Under the pieces are notes generated by a model. The model ran no database searches, was not told the DNA's origin, and saw only the letters and a program-made list of their open reading frames with translations. From NCBI RefSeq assembly GCF_000143415.4, contig NW_003314281.1:2023882-2087881 (forward strand): a DNA stretch of 64,000 nucleotides, read 5' to 3'. The position numbers and the translations under genes were made by a program. The stretch is from Selaginella moellendorffii (Eukaryota > Plantae > Lycopodiophyta). This document shows, piece by piece, positions 59,831 through 64,000 of this stretch (position 1 is the first letter of the stretch; every line of letters begins with the position of its first letter).

Positions 59831-60963
59831 TCAATGTTTAACTGCCTCAGTGATGGAGAAAGGATCTGCTTCAAAGAATCTCACGCTTCCGAATCCACAT
59901 GATTCCAGCAAATTTTTCCATCCAGCTTTCGTTCTCTGGTACCGCTGGCTCCCCGACAAGAACATCATATCAAGCTGCAAGTGTAACTCCTTGCCTTCGT
60001 CCATGACCATGTCACAAATGATGATTTTCCCATCTGATTCGAGGGCCGAGTGACAGTTCTTGACGATCTTTGCCGCATCAGCATCCGCAAACATGTGTAA
60101 GAAACTCTGCGCTCAAACACATCTGATGTAAGATAGAAAAGAAACTAATGCCCTCACTTTCAAGAAAATGCCATCCCCAGGTGGAACGAAGTCCATAGCG
60201 TCTCCGGGAACGTTTTCCACGCCTGATAGAATTTTCAGCAAGATCCAAGAAGAACTACAGATCATTACAAACTCGTACCTGGATATGCTGGAGCATTTGA
60301 AATGACCCGAGGAAGATCGAAGTTCACAGCCTGGATATGCGGGTAGAGCCGCACAATCTGAGCCAGAAACGAGCCCGTGTCACCCCCAACGTCGACAAGC
60401 CTCTTGACGCTCTTGAAACCATCGTAGACTCGCGTAATAGTAGCAAACGTTGCCGTGCTTACACTCAGCCTGATAACTTTCCAAAACTCTGGATGCGCTG
60501 CCACATAGTCCTGAGGTTCCATTCCATGAGCTTCCACAAAAGCATTGGAGTCGCCCGGCCGCTTGATGGCAGCGTCTACATGTTGCCACGAGAGCTGAGT
60601 GACTTCGGACGTGCAGAAGGAGAGAATGCCCCCCACGAAGAAGTCGTTGCTAGTGCCGTGGCTGACCAGCAGCCTGGACATGGGAGTGAGGCCATAGCGA
60701 TCTCCGTTGAGAGCGAGCACCTTCTTGAAGACGAGAAACCTGAGGAGTCGGAACAGCCTCTCGGCCTGGATGCTATCTGCATCGTGCTTGATCCGTAGCT
60801 CCTGAATGATCTCGTCCAGAGTGGCTCCTTGCTCCGACGAGAACTTGGACACGATGTTGAAGATGTCGAGCTTGACTGCGGCCTTGAGAGCGAAGGGCGC
60901 TGCAAATCCCAGTGTGAGGCTCCAGAACTGACTATATGCTTCCATTTGCTCGCTCCTCGCCAT
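59831..60963 (-). CDS. COMT-like O-methyltransferase, copy 2
   Basis: Near-identical to copy 1 with the same introns and a 9-nt in-frame deletion (EDF). Confidence 0.92.
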
Positions 60964-61539
60964 TGCGAATCGCTGCTTGGTTGCTCTGTCTGATGGAAGA
61001 ACGACCCCACCCTCGTTTCTTATAGGTGATGCAGTGTCGACATGATCTCTTCTTTTGAAGAGCGGGAACTTGTCGCGGAGCTGCGGCCGCACCTTCCAAG
61101 AACCTCAAACATTTGGAGAATAGTAGTCTCTTGGTTCACGAGATCTCAGCGTGAGGACCTCTCTCGAAACCATGAATCGAATTCTTACCATAGTTCCCTG
61201 CGACAATTTTCTCAGCAATCGTGGGGAAGCGGAAGGAAGAGATACCTGCCTAACGTAGCAGCTCCATCGAAATATCTCGAAAGCAGTACGACCACTCTCA
61301 ATCGTCGCGGGAGGAAGAGACACCAGTTAATGTAGCCATCGAAATATCTTCCACCGATCAAGTACCGATCACTCCCAAGCGCTAGAAATTTCACTTTCCT
61401 GTGCTGGAGGAGGCCAGAGAATCCTCTGACCAGCGCCCGGCGACAGCCCGCATCTGGCCTGGATCGCGTTGCCGCTCTCAAGAATGCATTATAAACCCTA
61501 GGGTTGATAGTCACTCTGTTTATAGGGTTTATGTTTATA

Positions 61540-61830
61540 GGGTGCCGTGGTTACGAGTCTTTTGGAGAGGAGTTATTCCCAGAGACTCTGGCTCGCTTGG
61601 AGATTCCAGTGAATGGTGTGGGATTCGGTGGAGATAAGTGATTGGAATCCCGAATTACCAACTTGAACTCGCCACCGCAAAAGTTCTTGAGGGAGGAGAG
61701 ATCCGGGACAAGGGAGACAACCTGATACTGGATCTCTACATTATCCAGGCTGCATATGGATGCCGTTGTCTGTGAAACTGCTTCTTCTTCTAGTTTTGTT
61801 GGCTTGCTAGCTTTCCTTGAAATGAAATTG
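61540..61830 (+). pseudogene. Deleted copy of the Uma2-like gene (3' part)
   Basis: Matches about 55600-55945 with deletions. Confidence 0.8.
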
Positions 61831-61952
61831 AGATACAGTAGATATCTTGAATGTTTTCTTGAATGGATTTATATGACAATCTCGCAGCTGACATTATCTC
61901 GCTTGTTCCGAGCTCATGCATCTGTGAAGAACGCGAGCGTACCTCGCAAGCA

Positions 61953-63827
61953 TCACCGAGTTACCTTGACTGGATGAATCTGCGAAGACCGCCTCTTGGC
62001 TGGCTTTGGAGAAGGCGCTCTGGAGCCTGATCTGCTGCTTGCCGGAGACTGCGACTTGGGAGTGGCACTGTCCTCGGCCACCGAGAGCCTCCGCAACCAT
62101 TTGACAGCTTTGAGGGGCTCCGCCTCCAGCGTCTTGGACTGCGACATGAGAAGCGTTGTGAACCACAACACGCTGGCTTTGGGCTGCCTCTTCAAGTCCA
62201 GGTCCTCTTGGTCCACGAAGAACAGGCCGAACTTCTTGGTGTAGCCCTGCGACCACTCGAAGTTGTCCACCAGCGACCACACAAAGTATCCCCGGACGTC
62301 CGCACCCTTCCGCATTGCTCTCACCACCGCGGCCATGTAGCCTTGGTGGTACCTGATGCGCTTCGTGTCATGCAAGCGCTCGGGCAGCGGGATTGTTTTG
62401 TCGTCCTGGTCGTCCATGCCGTTTTCGGTGATAAAGATTGGTGGCCGGTTGTACCTGTCGGTTATCCAGTTGAGGAACTTCTCCATCCCCCACGGAACCA
62501 TGTAGAGCCACTCTGAAGCCGCTCGCTCTCCAATCGGCACCCCCATCTTGCTCTCCGTGGCAGTCACGACGGCCTGGTCGGTGAAGTAATTCACCGGTGT
62601 TGTAACTTTGGGAGCTGGAGCAGCCTTGACGTACCGGGACGTGTAGTGATTAATTCCAATGTAGTCGAGTGAGCGTCGCAAGCTCGATATCTCTTCGGCA
62701 GTGAACCTCGGCAACCTGTCCCCAACGTTCTGTCTCATGCACTCCGGATAGTCACCGAAGAAAATGGGATCTAGAAGCCAGCCAAGCTGAAACTCGATAC
62801 GTCGCTGCGCGGCCTGCTGGTCCTCAGGGGACTCCGTGAAAGGCTCGGACCACTCGCCATCGCAAGCCAGACCAATCACACCACCTTGCTCGGACTGGAA
62901 CTTTTTCCTGTATATTTCCACAGCTGCAGCGTGAGCCAGGAGCGCGTGGTGAACCGCAAGATATGGTTCCACCGCTGAATCACCGGCTGGAGACCTGGAC
63001 TTGTCCGAGCACCTTCCAGGAGCATGGACGCCTGTCCCGTAACCGTTGACGCAAAACTGTGCCGGCTCGTTCAGCGTGATCCACTTCTTCACCCTGTTCC
63101 CAAATCTTGCAAAGCAAATCTCTGCGTAGCCTGCAAAGTAGTCCACCACTCGAGGATTTATCCAGCCTCCCACAATTGGTGCATCGTCGTGGATTCTCTG
63201 CGGAAGATCCCAATGGTAGAGTGTAACAAACGGCTCCAATCCTTTGCTGAGAAGCTTGTCAATGAGATGGTTGTAGTACTCCACACCTTTCTCATTCACG
63301 GAGCAGGAAGTGCCACCCATTCCGTCTGGGATGATCCGAGACCAGGAAATTGAAAACCTGTACGCGTTCATACCCATCTCGGACATCAAGTTGACGTCTT
63401 CCTTGTACTTGTGATACTGGTCCACTGACTTGTAGCCATTGCGACCGTCAGCAATCCGTCCAGGTACGTTGCAGAAAACATCCCAGATGGACAGTCCTCG
63501 GCCACCTTTTTTCGAAGCTCCTTCCACTTGATACGCGGACGTTGCAGTCCCGAAGGTAAAATCGTCCGGGAAATCCACGCGACGGACCTCATCGTATTCA
63601 GCAACAATTCCAGGAGGCCCGCCTTCGCTGCTGCTTGATGGTGACGGGGAGTTCACGTCCAGGATCAGGGAACGACGAGCTGAAGAACTCATCCACACCT
63701 GTTCAAGGGTCTGAATTCCTCCAGAAGAACCAGCATCATCTTCGTGTGTTGCGGCATTGTCGGAGGCTTGATGGACGTCATCCGCTGGACTACCGGGGTC
63801 ATCCTCTGTTGCTTCCTGTTCCTCCAT
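61953..63827 (-). CDS. BGLU: Glycoside hydrolase family 1 beta-glucosidase, intronless, 624 aa
   Basis: FTFGTATSAYQVEG, YRFSISWSRI, TLYHWDLP, TLNEP (acid/base), ITENG (nucleophile), WSLVDNFEW. Confidence 0.96.
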   Translation of the reverse strand: MEEQEATEDDPGSPADDVHQASDNAATHEDDAGSSGGIQTLEQVWMSSSARRSLILDVNSPSPSSSSEGGPPGIVAEYDEVRRVDFPDDFTFGTATSAYQVEGASKKGGRGLSIWDVFCNVPGRIADGRNGYKSVDQYHKYKEDVNLMSEMGMNAYRFSISWSRIIPDGMGGTSCSVNEKGVEYYNHLIDKLLSKGLEPFVTLYHWDLPQRIHDDAPIVGGWINPRVVDYFAGYAEICFARFGNRVKKWITLNEPAQFCVNGYGTGVHAPGRCSDKSRSPAGDSAVEPYLAVHHALLAHAAAVEIYRKKFQSEQGGVIGLACDGEWSEPFTESPEDQQAAQRRIEFQLGWLLDPIFFGDYPECMRQNVGDRLPRFTAEEISSLRRSLDYIGINHYTSRYVKAAPAPKVTTPVNYFTDQAVVTATESKMGVPIGERAASEWLYMVPWGMEKFLNWITDRYNRPPIFITENGMDDQDDKTIPLPERLHDTKRIRYHQGYMAAVVRAMRKGADVRGYFVWSLVDNFEWSQGYTKKFGLFFVDQEDLDLKRQPKASVLWFTTLLMSQSKTLEAEPLKAVKWLRRLSVAEDSATPKSQSPASSRSGSRAPSPKPAKRRSSQIHPVKVTR

Positions 63828-64000
63828 CTATCTAGCTCCAAAATTGTAACTGAATTTTGCGCGCGGACGCAAAAATATGGATTTCGCGCGACGACGTCAT
63901 GTGTCACCGGCTCGAATCCTGACAGTGCCACTTTCACTAGAGTCTCGGAACTGGAGCAATACACTCGTACAGTCGTCCCATCCGAGCAGTTATCAAGAGC

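Overview
Land-plant nuclear DNA; the ~50-60 nt introns, compact genes and repeat families suggest a lycophyte such as Selaginella (inference). Three zones. (1) 1-13 kb is gene-dense: NHP2 (first intron carries three tandem box C/D snoRNAs), a DUF688-type gene, tRNA-Lys(CTT), a PIP aquaporin, a VIT/nodulin-21 transporter, golgin CASP, a SAM methyltransferase and a DIS3-like relic. (2) About 13-49.5 kb is a nested retrotransposon island: a self-priming Tcn1/Tf1-like chromovirus (A), an old chromovirus C1 containing its relative C2, three 5S-carrying Cassandra-like TRIMs, a second TRIM family, a very young chromovirus D and a non-coding relative D'. (3) 50-64 kb holds an ATPase_2/STAND-like NTPase, Uma2-like restriction-endonuclease-fold genes, two O-methyltransferases and an intronless GH1 beta-glucosidase in a duplicated, scrambled block. 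Strongest leads: element D has spliceosomal introns interrupting its integrase, plus a possible Gag-terminating intron, and D and D' share a covarying, apparently pseudoknotted RNA module preceded by two tRNA-like T-loop hairpins. Together these suggest an intron-containing LTR retrotransposon with a dedicated signal for its unspliced genome. All calls were made by eye with no searches run.
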